A stretch of DNA of 64,000 nucleotides from Eledone cirrhosa (taxonomy: Eukaryota): the NCBI GenBank assembly GCA_964016885.1, contig OZ024756.1, positions 11,594,001 through 11,658,000 of the forward strand. The letters run 5' to 3'. A program made the translations under genes and the position numbers. This document shows, one piece after another, positions 14,086 to 30,865 of the stretch. The notes beneath the pieces are model-generated. The model saw nothing but the letters and a program-made list of their open reading frames with translations. It ran no database searches and was not told the DNA's origin. The stretch's first letter is position 1, and each line of letters opens with the position of its first letter.

Positions 14086-14431
14086 TCATCATCATTTTCA
14101 TCATTATCATTTTACATCCGCTTTTCCCTGCTTGCAAGGGTGGGACGGGAACTGACTCTGGCTCGATTTCTACAGCTGGATGCCCTTCCTAACACCAACC
14201 TCATTTACAGTGAGTGCTGGGTGCTTTTATCCCGTGGCACCTCCACGACCACTTTGCAGTGGAATGATAGGGACCCCAGTCCTATCATCTCATTTCTACA
14301 GCTGAGTAAACTGGAGCAATGTGAAATAAAGTGTCTTGCTCAAGGAAACAACACATCACCCGGTCTGAGAATTGAGCTCACAATCTTTCGATTGCAAGGC
14401 CAATGCTCTAACCATTAAGCCATATGCCTCC
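14086..14431 (-). mobile_element. SINE family 1, full length
   Basis: Near-identical to 10032-10363. Confidence 0.9.
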
Positions 14432-14544
14432 ATATATATATAAAGTATCCATATGCACACACACGCACGCACGCACGCACGCACACGCACACGCACACGC
14501 ACACGCACACACACACACACACGTATGGATTATATTGGTCACTA

Positions 14545-14742
14545 ATAATTGTTTCTACTTTTGGCACAAGGCCAACAATTACCTCCGTACATTACTGGTA
14601 CTCTATTTTATCGACCCGACCCCGTAAGAATGAAAGGAAAAGTTAACCTCGGCGGGATTTGAACTCAGACTGTAAAGGGACGTAACTCTATACTGGAAAG
14701 CATGGCGTCCGACCCTCTACCGACACTGCCAATTCACCGCCC
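14545..14742 (-). mobile_element. SINE family 2 (tRNA head, Meta/Sauria-like central motif)
   Basis: Reverse complement ggcggtgaattggcagtgtcggtagagg...gagttcaaatcccgccgaggttaact... Confidence 0.8.
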
Positions 14743-15129
14743 TATGGACGTAAATAATGTTCGATTCGTTTGTAAACAAACGACCAAACAGCTTGGCACC
14801 AGTGATGTCGTAACTCATTTCTACAGCTGAGTAAACTGGAATAATCTGAAGTAAAGTGTCTTACTCAAGAACACAACACAAAGCTCTGTTTGAGAATTGA
14901 ACTCACAATCTCAGTATTGTAAGCCCAACACTCTAATCACTGAACCATGCACCTTCACAAAATACTGATGTGCACTATGTTTTTTTCTTTTTAAGACAGT
15001 TGGGTGTGATTTGGAGTAGATTTGTTGCTATTTTTAGCAAGTCCACTGACCAGGTAGAGGTTCCTGCTTACTGCAGGACATTTCATTTTACGTCCACTTT
15101 TCCATGTTAGCATGGGTTGGACGCTGACC

Positions 15130-15625
15130 CGTGTGTGTGTGTGTGTGTGTGTATGTATGTGTGTCTGTTTAAGCATAGAGGTATGTTTATGCAGTGTATG
15201 TGCGTGTCTGTGTGTGTACATATAGGCATGTATGTGTGTGTGTATATGTATGTTTTGTCTGTGTGTACGTAGGCATGTGTGTGTGTGTGCATATGTATGT
15301 TTGTTTTGTCTGTGTGTACGTAGGCATGCGTGTGTGTGTACGTAGACATGTATGTGTGTGTATGTAGGCATGTGTGTGTGTGTGCATATGTATGTTTGTT
15401 TTGTCTGTGTGTGTGTGTACGTAGGCATGTATATGTGTGTACGTAGGCATGTGTGTGTGTGTGTGCATATGTATGTTTGTTTTGTCTGTGTGTGTGTGTA
15501 CGTAGGCATGTATATGTGTGTACATGTAAGAAGGACTGTTAAGTTAGAATATCATTTTTTGATCAGAAGAAATTAATTTTGCTAAACTGTATTGTGTGTG
15601 TGTGTGTGTATGTATGTATGGGTAT

Positions 15626-15657
<32 letters not shown>

Positions 15658-16140
15658 AGTATTGTGTGTGTGAGTGTATGTATGTATGGGTATTGTGTGT
15701 GTGTTGTGTGTATGTATGTATGGGTATTGTGTGTGTGTGTGTGTGTATGTATGTATGAGTATTGTGTGTGTGTGAGTATGTATGTATGGGTATTGTGTGT
15801 GTGTGAGTGTATGTATGTATGGGTATTGTGTGTATGTATGTATGAGTATTGTGTGTGTGTGTGTGTGTGTGTATGTATGGGTATTGTGTGTGTGTGAGTG
15901 TATGTATGTATGAGTATTGTGTGTGTGTGAGTGTATGTATGTATGGGTATTGTGTGTGTGTGTGAGTGTATGTATGTATGGGTATTGTGTGTGTGTGTGA
16001 GTGTATGTATGTATGGGTATTGTGTGTGTGTGTGAGTGTATGTATGTATGGGTATTGTGTCTGTGTGTGAGTATGTATGTATGAGTATTGTGTGTGTGTG
16101 TGAGTGTATGTATGTATGAGTATTGTGTGTGTGTTGTGTG
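15130..16140. repeat. (GT)/(GTAT)-based minisatellites
   Basis: Units gtacgtaggcatgtgtg... then tattgtgtgtg...gtatgtatgtatggg. Confidence 0.9.
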
Positions 16141-16264
16141 TATATTTATTGATCCTTTGTCATACCAATGATGAATATTATCTTAATTACTGTTATAAGG
16201 AGAAAACACCACACACACATACCCTCACACACTCACACATACCCTCACCCACACACACATACAT

Positions 16265-19200
16265 ACATAACCAACCACCACCACACACACATATAATCTC
16301 ACACACTCACATAACCAACCACCACTACACACACACTCACACACATAACCAACTACCACTACACACACACACACTCACACACATAACCAACTACCACTAC
16401 ACACACACACACACTCACACACATAACCAACTACCACTACACACACACACACACTCACACACATAACCAACTACCACTACACACACACACTCACACACAT
16501 AACCAACTACCACTACACACACTCACACACATAACCAACCACCACTACACACACACACACACACTCACACACATAACCAACCACCACTACACACACACAC
16601 TCACACACATAACCAACTACCACTACACACACTCACACACATAACCAACCACCACTACACACACACACACACTCACACACATAACCAACCACCACTACAC
16701 ACACACACACACTCACACACATAACCAACCACCACTACACACACACACTCACACACATAACCAACTACCACTACACACACACACTCACACACATAACCAA
16801 CCATCACTACACACACACACACACTCACACACATAACCAACCACCACTACACACACACACTCACACACATAACCAACCACCACTACACACACACACTCAC
16901 ACACATAACCAACTACCACTACACACACTCACACACATAACCAACCACCACTACACACACACACACACACTCACACACATAACCAACCACCACTACACAC
17001 ACACACTCACACACATAACCAACTACCACTACACACACACACTCACACACATAACCAACCACCACTACACACACACACACACTCACACACATAACCAACC
17101 ACCACTACACACACACACACACACTCACACACATAACCAACCACCACTACACACACACACTCACTCACATAACCAACCACCACCACACACACACATAATC
17201 TCACACACTCACATAACCAACCACCACTACACACACACACACTCACACACATAACCAACCACCACTACACACACACTCACACACATAACCAACCACCACC
17301 ACACACACACATAATCTCACACACTCACATAACCAACCACCACTACACACACACACACTCACACACATAACCAACTACCACTACACACACACACTCACAC
17401 ACATAACCAACTACCACTACACACACACACACTCACACACATAACCAACCACCACTACACACACACACACTCACACACATAACCAACCACCACTACACAC
17501 ACACACACTCACACACATAACCAACCACCACTACACACACACACTCACACACATAACCAACTACCACTACACACACACGCTCACACACATAACCAACTAC
17601 CACTACACACACACACACTCACACACATAACCAACCACCACTACACACACACACACTCACACACAACCAACCACCACTACACACTCACACACATAACCAA
17701 CTACCACTACACACACACACTCACACACATATAACCAACCACCACTACACACACACACTCACACACATAACCAACTACCACTACACACACACACTCATTC
17801 ACATAACCAACCACCACAACACACACACGCTCACACACATAACCAACTACCACTACACACACACACACTCACACACATAACCAACCACCACTACACACAC
17901 ACACACTCACTCACATAACCAACCACCACCACACACACACACTCACACACATAACCAACTACCACTACACACACACACTCACTCACATAACCAACCACCA
18001 CTACACACACACACTCACACGCAACCAACCACCACTACACAGTCACACACATAACCAACTACCACTACACACACACACTCACACACATAACCAACCACCA
18101 CTACACACACACACTCACACACATAACCAACTACCACTACACACACACACTCACACACATAACCAACCACCACTACACACACACACACAACCAACCACCA
18201 CTACACACACACACTCACACACAACCAACTACCACTACACACACACACTCACACACATAACCAACCACCACTACACACAGACACACACACTCACACACAA
18301 CCAACCACCACTACACACACACACTCACACACAACCAACTACCACTACACACACACACTCACACAACCAACCACCACTACACACTCACACACATAACCAA
18401 CCACCACTACACACACACACTCACACACAACCAACTACCACTACACACACACACTCACACACAACCAACCACCACTACACACTCACACACATAACCAACT
18501 ACCACTACACACACACACTCACACACATAACCAACCACCACTACACACACATACACTCACACACATAACCAACCACCACTACACACACACGCTCACACAC
18601 ATAACCAACTACCACTACACACACACACTCACACACATAACCAACCACCACTACACACACACACACTCACACACAACCAACCACCACTACACACACACAC
18701 TCACACACAACCAACTACCACTACACACACACTCACTCACATAACCAACCACCACTACACACACACACACTCACACACAACCAACCACCACTACACACAC
18801 ACACTCACACTCACACACAACCAACCACCACTACACACTCACACACATAACCAACCACCACTACACACACACACTCACACACATAACCAACCACCACTAC
18901 ACACACACACTCACACACATAACCAACCACCACTACACACACACACTCACACACAACCAACCACCACTACACACACACACTCACACACAATCAACTTCCA
19001 CTACACACACACACTCACACACATAACCAACCACCACTACACACACTTACACACAACCAACCACCACTACACACACTTACACACAACCAACCACCACTAC
19101 ACACACACACTCACACACAACCAACTACCACTACACACACACACAACCAACTACCACTACACACACACACTCACACACAACCAACTACCACTACACACAC

Positions 19201-19949
19201 ACACTCACACACAACCAACCACCACTACACACTCACACACATAACCAACTACCACTACACACACACTCACACACATAACCAACCACCACTACACACACAC
19301 ACACTCACACACATAACCAACCACCACTACACACACACACACTCACACACATAACCAACCACCACTACACACACACACTCACACACATAACCAACTACCA
19401 CTACACACACACACTCACACACATAACCAACCACCACTACACACACACACACTCACACACATAACCAACTACCACTACACACACACTCACACACAACCAA
19501 CCACCACTACACACTCACACACATAACCAACCACCACTACACACACTCACACTCACACACATAACCAACCACCACTACACACACACACTCACACACATAA
19601 CCAACTACCACTACACACACACACTCACACACATAACCAACCACCACTACACACACACACACTCACACACATAACCAACCACCACTACACACACACACTC
19701 ACACACATAACCAACCACCACTACACACACACACTCACACACATAACCAACCACCACTACACACTCACACACATAACCAACTACCACTACACACACACAC
19801 TCACACACATAACCAACCACCACTACACACACACACACTCACACACATAACCAACCACCACTACACACGCACACACTCACACACATAACCAACTACCACT
19901 ACACACACACACACTCACACACATAACCAACCACCACTACACACACACA
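16265..19949. repeat. 3.7-kb minisatellite cataaccaa(c/ct)accacta(ca)n ctcacaca
   Basis: About 30-38-bp unit with variable CA linker, around 100 copies. Confidence 0.97.
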
Positions 19950-19984
19950 ATTCTGGTAGCTAATCAGAATTTGACCTCTTTTTC

Positions 19985-20805
19985 TACTCTCTCTCTCTTT
20001 CTCCCCCCTCTCTCTCTTGCTCTCCCCCTCTCTCTCTTGCTCTCCCCCTCTCTCTTGCTCTCCCCCTCTCTCTTGCTCTCCCCCTCTCTCTTTTGCTCTC
20101 CCCCTCTCTCTCTTGCTCTCCCCCTCTCTCTCTTGCTCTCCCCCTCTCTCTTGCTCCCCCCTCTCTCTCTCTTGCTCTCCCCTCTCTCTCTTGCTCTCCC
20201 TCCTCTCTCTCTCTTGCTCTCCCCTCTCTCTCGCCCCCCCCCCTCTCGCTCCCCCCTCTCTCTCTTGCTCTCCCCTCTCTCTCGCTTTCCCCCCCCCTCT
20301 CTCGCTCTCTCTCTTGCTCTCACTCTCTCTTGCTCTCTCTCTCTCCCTTCTCTTGCTCTCTCTTGCCCCCCGCCCCCTTCTTGCTCTCTCCAATCAATAA
20401 TGTTTACTAATTGCAGTGTCTTGTGTTCTTGGCCTGGATTTTTGTTCATTCCCAATACCACCGCCCCCTCTCTCACCACCACCACCACCACTGTCACCAC
20501 CACCACCACCACCGCCCCCTCTCTCACCACCACCACCCCCTCTCTCACCACCACCACCACCACCGCCCCCTCTCTCACCACCATCACCACTGCTGTCTCC
20601 AACACTGTCACCACTGCTGTCTCCAACACTGTCACCACTACCATCACCACCACCACCACCATCACCAGCACCACCACTACCATCACCAGTCTCCAACACT
20701 ACCACCACCACCACTACCACCACTACCATCACCACTGCTGTCACCCCCACCACCACCACTACCATCACCACTACCATCACCAGTCTCCAACACTACCACC
20801 ACTAA
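19985..20805. repeat. CT-rich minisatellite followed by CAC-rich low complexity
   Basis: ctctctcttgctctcccc units to about 20390, then caccac runs. Confidence 0.9.
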
Positions 20806-20985
20806 CAACCAACATTAACATTCTCTTTGATGGTTCAAACATTTCTTTAGTTAACAGCACCACTAGACAGACAGACAGATAGACAGACAGACAGACAAAC
20901 GGACAAGTTTCTAGTCTAATTCTTTCTTTCCCTTGGATCACCACTGCCATCGTCACTATTAGCTTCTTTAATTAGCAATATATAT

Positions 20986-21233
20986 GTGTACATGTCAGAA
21001 ATCTATCAGGATGCAGTGTGGAATCATTCAAATTGCAGCTGGATAGATACTTAAGCACCATTAGAGATGAACCCCATCTCCCAGGATATACACAACGAGC
21101 ACAAACTGACTCAAACTCGCTCCTACACATGTCAAAATTAAACAGAGAATCCAACCTGGCAACCACACCAGACTCTGAGGCTGGAGTCTTCAACTTGGCC
21201 TGAGCATGGACTCAAACTCAAATGAAATGAAAT
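20986..21233 (+). mobile_element. 3' end of CR1-group (CR1/L2/Crack-like) LINE
   Basis: VRNLSGCSVESFKLQLDRYLSTIRDEP...SNSL is a typical C-terminal motif; (AAATG)n tail. Confidence 0.7.
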
Positions 21234-21255
21234 ATATATATATATATATACATAT

Positions 21256-21596
21256 GGAGGCACATGGCTTAGTGGTTAGAGCATTGGCCTTGCAATCGAA
21301 AGGTTGTGAGTTCAATTCTCAGACCGGGTGATGTGTTGTTTCCTTGAGCAAGACACTTTATTTCACATTGCTCTAGTTTACTCAGTTGTAGAAATGAGAT
21401 GATAGGGACTGAGGTCCATATCATTCCACTACAAAGTGGTCGTGGAGGTGCCACAGCAAAAAAGCACCCAGCAATCACTGTAAATGAGGTTGGTGTTAGG
21501 AAGGGCATCCAGCTGTAGAAATCAAGCTAGAATCAGTTCCCGTCCCACCCTTGCAAGCAGGGATGTGGACGTAAAATGAAATGATGATGATGATGA
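21256..21596 (+). mobile_element. SINE family 1, full length
   Basis: ggaggcacatggcttagtggttagagc...ggacgtaaaatgaaatgatgatg. Confidence 0.9.
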
Positions 21597-21652
21597 TATA
21601 TATATTATAAAGAAAACGAAAAATCAGTGATGCATCTGGACTTAGTTTAGTT

Positions 21653-21743
21653 CGTGTTACAAATGTTTCGCCGGCATGTAGCTCGAGTCATGGTCCTTGT
21701 ATGGATCTGGCTGATTCTACTTCTGCGGGTTCTTTCAGACACG
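21653..21743 (-). ncRNA. Slightly degenerate type I hammerhead ribozyme
   Basis: Minus strand: cgtgt-CTGAAAGA (one extra nt)-long stem II-GAAA-catttg-TA|acacg. Confidence 0.55.
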
Positions 21744-21759
21744 GGTGTTACATCCGGAG

Positions 21760-21802
<43 letters not shown>

Positions 21803-21834
21803 TCTAGTATATATGTACACACACATATATACAT

Positions 21835-22095
21835 ACATCATCATCATCATCGTTTAATGTCTATCTTCCACGCTAGCATGAGTTAGGTGGGAGTTGTCCC
21901 ACTTGAGGCAAGGTTGGTCGGGTGACCGTGTCTCGCTCGTATAGGACTGTCTGGCAGGTTTTCTACAGTTGGATGCCCTTCCTAACACCAACCACATTTA
22001 CAGTGTGGACTGGGAGCTTTTTACCATGTTACCTACACGGCCACATTACAGTGTGGACTGTGTTTTTTTTTTTGTCGTGACACCTACACGATCTC
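21835..22095 (-). mobile_element. RTE-tail non-autonomous element
   Basis: ggatgcccttcctaacacc motif and (CAT)n tail; related to 5428, 22610 and 61435 copies. Confidence 0.65.
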
Positions 22096-22097
22096 AT

Positions 22098-22600
22098 AAT
22101 TATTATTATTTCTACTATAGGTACAAGGCCAGCAATTTTGGGGAGGATAAAGTTAATTAAATCAACCCAGTGCATAACTGGTACTTTGTTATCGACCCTG
22201 AAAGTATGAAAGGTAAAGTTAACCTCAGTAGGATTTAAACTCAGAACGTAAAAGACTAACTATATGCCACGAAACCTCCAATACTCTACCAATTACTGCC
22301 AAACCACTCCTCTTTAATAATAATTGTTTCTACTTTAGGCACAAGGCCAGCAATTAACCAGTGCATTACTGGTACTTTATTTTATCGACCCCGTAAGGAT
22401 GAAAGGCAAAGTCAACCTCGGCGGGATTTGAACTCCACCGATACTGCCAATCCACCGCCCAATCTACTGCCAAACCACTCCTCTTTAATAATAATAATAA
22501 TTGTTTCTACTTTTGGCACAAGGCCAGCAATTATTCCTGGTACTTTATTTTATCGACCTTGTAAAAAAGCTAACCTCGGCTGGATTTGAACTCAGACCGT
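22098..22600 (-). mobile_element. Cluster of three tandem SINE family 2 fragments
   Basis: Repeated ttgtttctact..ggcacaaggccagcaatt...tcgacccc..aaggatgaaaggcaaag. Confidence 0.8.
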
Positions 22601-22609
22601 AAACATATA

Positions 22610-23118
22610 TCATCATCATCATCATCATCACCGTTTTACGTCCATTCTTCCATGCTAGCATGGGTTAGACGGGTTGTCCTGTTGTGTGCAGTGTCTGGTC
22701 GGCTGACCATGCCTTGCTCATACAGGAACTGATCTGGCTTCATTTCTACAGCTGGATGCCCTTCCTAACACCAACCTCATTTACAGTGAGTACTGGGTGC
22801 TTTTTCGTGGCGCCTACACGACCACTCTACAGTGTGGGCTGGGTGCTTTTTTGCCGTGGCACCTCCACGACCACCTTGCGGTGGGGGGTGTGGGGGCATA
22901 TTGTTTATATGCTTCAGCATGTACCCATGGGAGGTCGGGTATATATATATATATATATATATCATCATTCTACGTCCGCTTTTCCCTGCTTGCAAGGATG
23001 GTACGGGTCTTATTCAGCCCAGCATCTCTCCACCGTGAGCTTCAGCAATCTGACGTCTGTTCTCACCAACCCGGCCATGTTTTTCGTGGTCTGCCTCTAC
23101 CACGTCTTCAACTGGCAT
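22610..23118 (-). mobile_element. RTE-tail element plus internally deleted RTE 3' end
   Basis: 22960-23118 aligns to 13010-13200 with deletions. Confidence 0.7.
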
Positions 23119-23119
23119 T

Positions 23120-25146
<2,027 letters not shown>

Positions 25147-25148
25147 GT

Positions 25149-25469
25149 GGGGACAAATGGCTTAGTGGTTAGAGCATTGGCCCTGCAATCGAAAGGTTGT
25201 GAGTTCAATTCTCGGACTGGGTGATGTGTTGTTTCCTTGAGCAAGACACTTTATTTCACATTGCTCCAGTTTACTCAGCTGTAGAAATGAGATGATATGG
25301 ACTGGGGTCCCTATCATTCCACTGCAAAGAGGATGTGGAGGTACCACGGCAAAAAAGCACCCAGCCCACACTGTAAATGAAGGCATCCAGCTGTTGAAAT
25401 CAAGCCAGAATCAGTTCCCGTTCGACCCTTGCAAGCAGGGAAAAGAGGACTTAAAATGATGATGATGAT
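25149..25469 (+). mobile_element. SINE family 1 with small internal deletion
   Basis: Same head, body and tail; lacks the ggttggtgttagg segment. Confidence 0.88.
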
Positions 25470-25624
25470 TTATGAGTATTTGGTTCAAATTAACCAAACT
25501 ACTACTGTTAATATTAATAATATATAAATTAATTAAAATTGAAAATAATAATAAAATGAATGACCAAGAAATTTTCTCTGTCTTGGTTCTCAGTTCAGAT
25601 TCTAGTGAGAGTGACTGTACATTA

Positions 25625-25912
25625 CAGTGAGTAATATTGTATACTAGCAATATAGTCTGGTCACCGTACATACTAGCAATATAGTCTGGTGACCGTACAT
25701 TCATACACCAGTGAGTAATATTGTATACTAGCAATATAGTCTGGTCACTGTACATACTAGCAATATAGTCTGGTGACCGTACATTCATACACCAGTGAGT
25801 AATATTGTATACTAGCAATATAGTCTGGTCACTGTACATACTAGCAATATAGTCTGGTGACCGTACATTCATACACCAGTGAGTAATATTGTATACTAGC
25901 AATATAGTCTGG
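25625..25912. repeat. 83-bp tandem repeat (about 3.4 copies) with internal 30-bp duplication
   Basis: cagtgagtaatattgt[atactagcaatatagtctggt..c.gtac]x2 attcatacac. Confidence 0.9.
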
Positions 25913-26452
25913 TCTTTGCTTGGCAAGATGTTGAAATATTGGTCACTTTCTGATAAGATTGTCATTGAATCTGTAGCGATGGAGTCTTCTAGGCTCCCCT
26001 TCTCACTTCTACCGGGGCAGAGTTGGTGACCCACACGAGTGAACCCTTCAAGTTGGAATGGCTATTTTAACATGTCTCCCTTGCTATCTTCTGGAAGAGG
26101 CCAGCAATTACCCAGTGCATTACTGGTGCTTTATTATATCGACCCCGTAAGGATGAAAGGCAAAGTTAACCTTGGCAGGATTTGAACTCAGTCCGTAAAG
26201 GGACGTAATTCTGCTGCAAAGCATGGCGTCCGACCCTCTACCGATACTGCCAGGTAGAATCAGTGATTAATAATGTATCCTAGCAGTTTAGTTTGCCTGA
26301 CAAACTGGCGAGCTGCTCAAGTGTTATTCAATTTCTGACAGGCTTGTCATTGAACCTGTTGATGGTAAGGGAAACCTCTGCTGTTTTGGGTCTCTGAAAC
26401 ACGTCCCTTTAAAACGGGTACTTTTGTACCAAAAAAACTTTGGCCGTTAAAT

Positions 26453-26782
26453 TTAACCCTTTAATGTTCAAACCGGCCAAAACCGGCCAGAATTCTCTAC
26501 CTCTTTCTGTTCAAACCAGCTGTAACTAGTCGCTCATACTGATGTTAAGGTATTGTTCTCAAAATAAATACTTTCAAAATCTCATAGATTCGATATTATG
26601 TGAGATAATTATGCGAGGTAAAGCCTCTACCATGAAAATATAATAGTATATATAAAATAATTGTTTCTACTTTTGGCACAAGGCCAGCAATGACCCAGTA
26701 CATTACTGGTACTTTATTTTATCGACCCCGTAAGGATGAAAGGCAAAGTATATATAAAATAATGTGAATGCTAAAGGGTTAA
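26453..26782 (+). mobile_element. piggyBac-type MITE containing a SINE2 fragment
   Basis: TTAA-CCCTTTA...TAAAGGG-TTAA; SINE2 piece flanked by duplicated agtatatataaaataat. Confidence 0.85.
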
Positions 26783-27081
26783 ACCTTTCATCATAATCTT
26801 AGGTAAGAACCTTTGTGGTCCTAGATGTGTTAACTGGAGTGAAGTAAGGCGTGATAGTCCAGTAGTTCTAGATGTGTCAGACAGGCCTACAGGCAAGTGT
26901 AACTAACAACTATGATATTACTTCCACCACAAATCTTATAGATTGGAGGACTGTGAGATTGTGTCAGGGATATTTATTCTGAACGTGTTATTAAAATAAG
27001 TTGGATGACTTTCAATAAATCATGAATGAATATTACATAATTTATCTACTAAATTTTGTAGCTCTTGATTGAACATAAATA

Positions 27082-27837
27082 TCTGTATATATATAAAGAC
27101 AAAGTTTTCTGTATGTGTGTGTGGACAATTTTTAATGAGAGTTCATATATTCTAAACCATTCATGCGATTTCTTTGAAATTTTTTACGGAGCTTCTCCTT
27201 GCACAAAACCTGTACATGATCTACAAAGGCTTTCAAAAATCGATATTGGGGCCTTTGGAGACATTAAAAAAGTTTCGGTTATTTGTGTCAATTTTCGTGA
27301 TTAAGTAAGACAAGAGTTATCTTTAAGTAAAACAAGAGTTATCTTTCGTAATTTGGTACATTCAGATTTTAATTTACTCTGTACTTGAAACAAAAGGTAC
27401 GCTTCCTTGAGACTAACAATATCATTTTGTATATTTCACAACCAGCAATTTCTAACAGATTACTAAGTTAAGTTATAGATTTGACATTGTATAATTTATC
27501 GTTTCAAGCTTGATGTTCATACATTAAGTGATGTCATAACTTTTACAATATTATGCTTCGTAGATAATAGTGTCTATTATTCACTTCACTTCTCTATTTC
27601 ATGATGCGCTTTTACTGTTGTCAAAAAAATGTTATACCTAGACTGGATTTCTGTTGTTACATGGTATAACGGATGACACCGAGCTCACATATTAATTATT
27701 TCGCTGGAATAGTGCCTAAGGTTTTCATGTTTACATAATGTACGTTTTTCTTCTATGTATTCAAATTTACTTTGTTTAGTTTAATGAGCTACATGGAAAG
27801 CTACTTGAACCGTCCAAAGGATGGGTAGTGTAGCTAG
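27082..27837 (+). mobile_element. Non-autonomous Helitron-like element
   Basis: A|TC start (tctgtatatatataaag...tgtgtgt), 3' hairpin ccgtcc-aaa-ggatgg then CTAG|T. Confidence 0.7.
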
Positions 27838-29888
27838 TTTTTATATATAATAATTGCTTATTTTAAGATTCACTTCTTTTAAAATTTTCAAATGTCAATA
27901 CTTCCAGTTATAACTCTTCACTGTACATATATTTGCATCATTATATAATGTTGATATTTCCATTGCTAATTTTCTCTTTTTTCGTTTTCATAACATTTCG
28001 TTGTAATACAGTTTATATATAATATCGTCTTTTTTAAATGTATCATGGATTACTTTACTGATTATAGAAGACAGTGTAACAGTCTCTCTTCAATTTCTGA
28101 GCATATTCTCAATTATGATTTTATTTGATGTATCATATTTATATGTATATATACTTGCGTATAATATCAATATGCACACTACACATGCTAGCAGAAAACC
28201 AGATGAAGGGTGGTTTTTCTGCTAGTAATAATAATAGACCAGGTTGATGTTAGTTTTAAATGTTAACATGCCCTGACCTTTGACCAAATTTCCATTATTA
28301 TCACTCTTGTTCTAATTTTTGACACATTAAAATTATTTGGGTTAAAAGAATGTTAGTAGTAAGTTAGTATTATATTTCAACTGGCCAGTTTTCTGGTTAA
28401 TGATTGTTGTTGTTGTTTAGCCCCGAGTCAGTCAAAGGAAACAAGGTGTATGATCATAAGGCATTGAAGCCATGACCATCATGTCTTATTTTGGGGAATA
28501 ATGTATCCTTTGTCAATTTGTTTATATCTTAATGAGATGACAGATTGTTATGAAAATTTGCTGTAAATTAAATTAAAGACTTTAATTTTGAATGTGATAC
28601 AGTCATAGTACTGTTTTGTAATTACAAGACCATCTTACTAAGATAATGTGGTTTCATGTGGTACAGGATGTTAAGAGATAAAATGGAAGTCAGGCACCAG
28701 TTCTTATGCCCTACCCTTGTGGTTCTTCTGGGGGTATTTACAGTAACATTTTCACTGGTTCACTTCACTTATCAGGAACAGGATATACACACTCTATAAA
28801 TTACTGCATGAAATTTACTCTCAACTCATGATGGTTTTAATTAAAGGCCTCCTCCCCTTTCTCTGGCTTAGATCCTTCATAAAGTCAAAGAATACTTCCC
28901 ATGAGATTATCTGGTAATAATTTTCATGTCACTTTCTTTCCTTTTTGATAAAATATTACCATATTTGTAATATTTAGATTCAGCCCCTTTCTGACCATAT
29001 CTCTAATACACTCTTCCTGTGTTTACTAACTCTTGACAACAATCCAACCAAAACCAGCTCTGGTTCTATGAAACAAAACGACCCATTTCAAAGGGTTCCT
29101 CTTGAAACTAAAATCTTCCAATATAATTTTATATATGAAACATATGTGAGGTTACTCCTTTAGTAATGAATTAATTAACAATTTTAGTAAATCCCTGAAA
29201 ATCTTTCATTAATTAATTGGAGTGTATTTCATTAGAAGGTTATACTTCAATAAGTAAAGTAATTTTACTTAAGTATTTAAGTTATGATCGCAGTATTGAA
29301 ATAATTAATTATTTTAGTAAGTCCCTCAAAATTCTTCATTAATTAATTGAAATAGAGTGTATTTTATTAGAAATATGGTCACTTGCAAAAGGTTTTCTCA
29401 TATGTTAGGTTACTATCTTAATGAAATAACTAATAATTTAAATTAATCCTTCAAAACTTTGCACTAATTAATTGAAATAGTATTTCATTAGAAACATTAT
29501 CATGAAACATTTTATATAAATAACTCAGTCTTATGAAGTTGGAATTTTGTAAATCAACTCAGATTGAATATTGTAATTTTTCTGAGTTTTTAACTTTTTC
29601 ACAACAATGTCCATTTGTTTTTTATTCATATTGAATTCATATTTCAAATGAAATATCTGTGTATGCAAATGAATGTACTCTGACCTGATCCCTTACAAAG
29701 GGACTCCCCGCGCTAGTGTGAAAAATGGATGTTAAATGATGGTGATGATTAAAAATTACGAAAAGTTTAATAAAGCAAGTTATGAATCTGGTATTTTGGT
29801 AATATAACTTAAGTGATTCTTCTGTTAAAAAACAACAAAAAAGGAGCATAATAGTTTTTGGTCCAACAAGATCCTTGATGTTGCTTAC

Positions 29889-29970
29889 TTGAGGTGGAAC
29901 TTGTCAGATTGAATCGAGGGAATAATATTTCCATTGGTCTTTCCATTGCTAATACTACTGGTCAAAACTC
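29889..29970 (-). other. Candidate 82-bp internal exon
   Basis: Minus strand tttctgccAG|gag...caa|GTAAGC; open in the phase given by candidate exon 31644-31659. Confidence 0.3.
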
Positions 29971-30865
29971 CTGGCAGAAAGAGCAATATGAAATAAAGTG
30001 TCTTGCTCAAGGACATATAGCACATCGCCTGGTCCAGGAATCAAACTCACAATCTCCAGATTGCAAATCCGTCTAACCACCATGCCACTCACTTTCAGAG
30101 AGCTTTATTTGATTTAGATATGAATATTTAACAACGGAGATTTTTGTATCATGGAAGCTGGAAGTGGGCTCAGGTAGCTTCATATCAATATATTCTCTAT
30201 ATTTGAAAATAAATCTTTTTTTCTTGGTATTTAATATTTAAACTATAACAAAACACAATCATGTTTCATTGTCAGGAGGGTCACTTAAATGAAAAACAAT
30301 TGACATTTACAGTTCACATTTATGTAGGTTTAACTGGCTTCTTACAAGGTTCTGTCCCATAGGAGGTTTCTCAAATGTTTTAATGATAGGAGGCCCAGTC
30401 CTATCATGTTGTTACAGTTCATACTTATGAAGTGTCCTACTCAAGAACACCAGCCCAGAAATTGAACCCACAACTTTATAAAATCAACTCCCTAATCAAT
30501 TGCTCACGTCTTCTTTGTCACCTATCATACTAGAAATAGTAACCAAAATTTCTGTTGAATCACACCATGTCATTTTAAAAAGAAAGACCATCTGAGTAAT
30601 GAATGTGGTATTTGTTTGATATACATAAAACACATGATGATCATGGCTGGATTGGTAGAGTATCCCTAGAGATGGGGGGATGGACAGAGGAGCCTGTAGG
30701 GAATCAAACCCTTCATCTCTCAGATGTTGAGCGAGTACATTAACTATTATGCTAACTGATGAGGAACCCCTCCCCATTCTTGCTTTCTTCGTATTCCCAC
30801 TGCATTTTAAGTTACCTTAAATAGCAACTACACACCCATTTCTATTCTCCATATATATATATATT

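Noticed and set aside
16265-19949. CRISPR-like constant repeat with variable spacers (also 945-1975 and 63340-64000)
   Set aside because: Spacers are only dinucleotide runs of varying length; eukaryotic context, no cas genes
21256-21330. tRNA gene
   Set aside because: A and B boxes present but it is the head of a multi-copy SINE, with no complete cloverleaf or terminator
26375-26412. GAAACACGTC hammerhead-like 3' half
   Set aside because: No CUGANGA upstream and no fold-back structure
28700-28793. Third exon of the minus-strand candidate transcript
   Set aside because: Stops within about 14 codons in all frames after the acceptor; no support for coding
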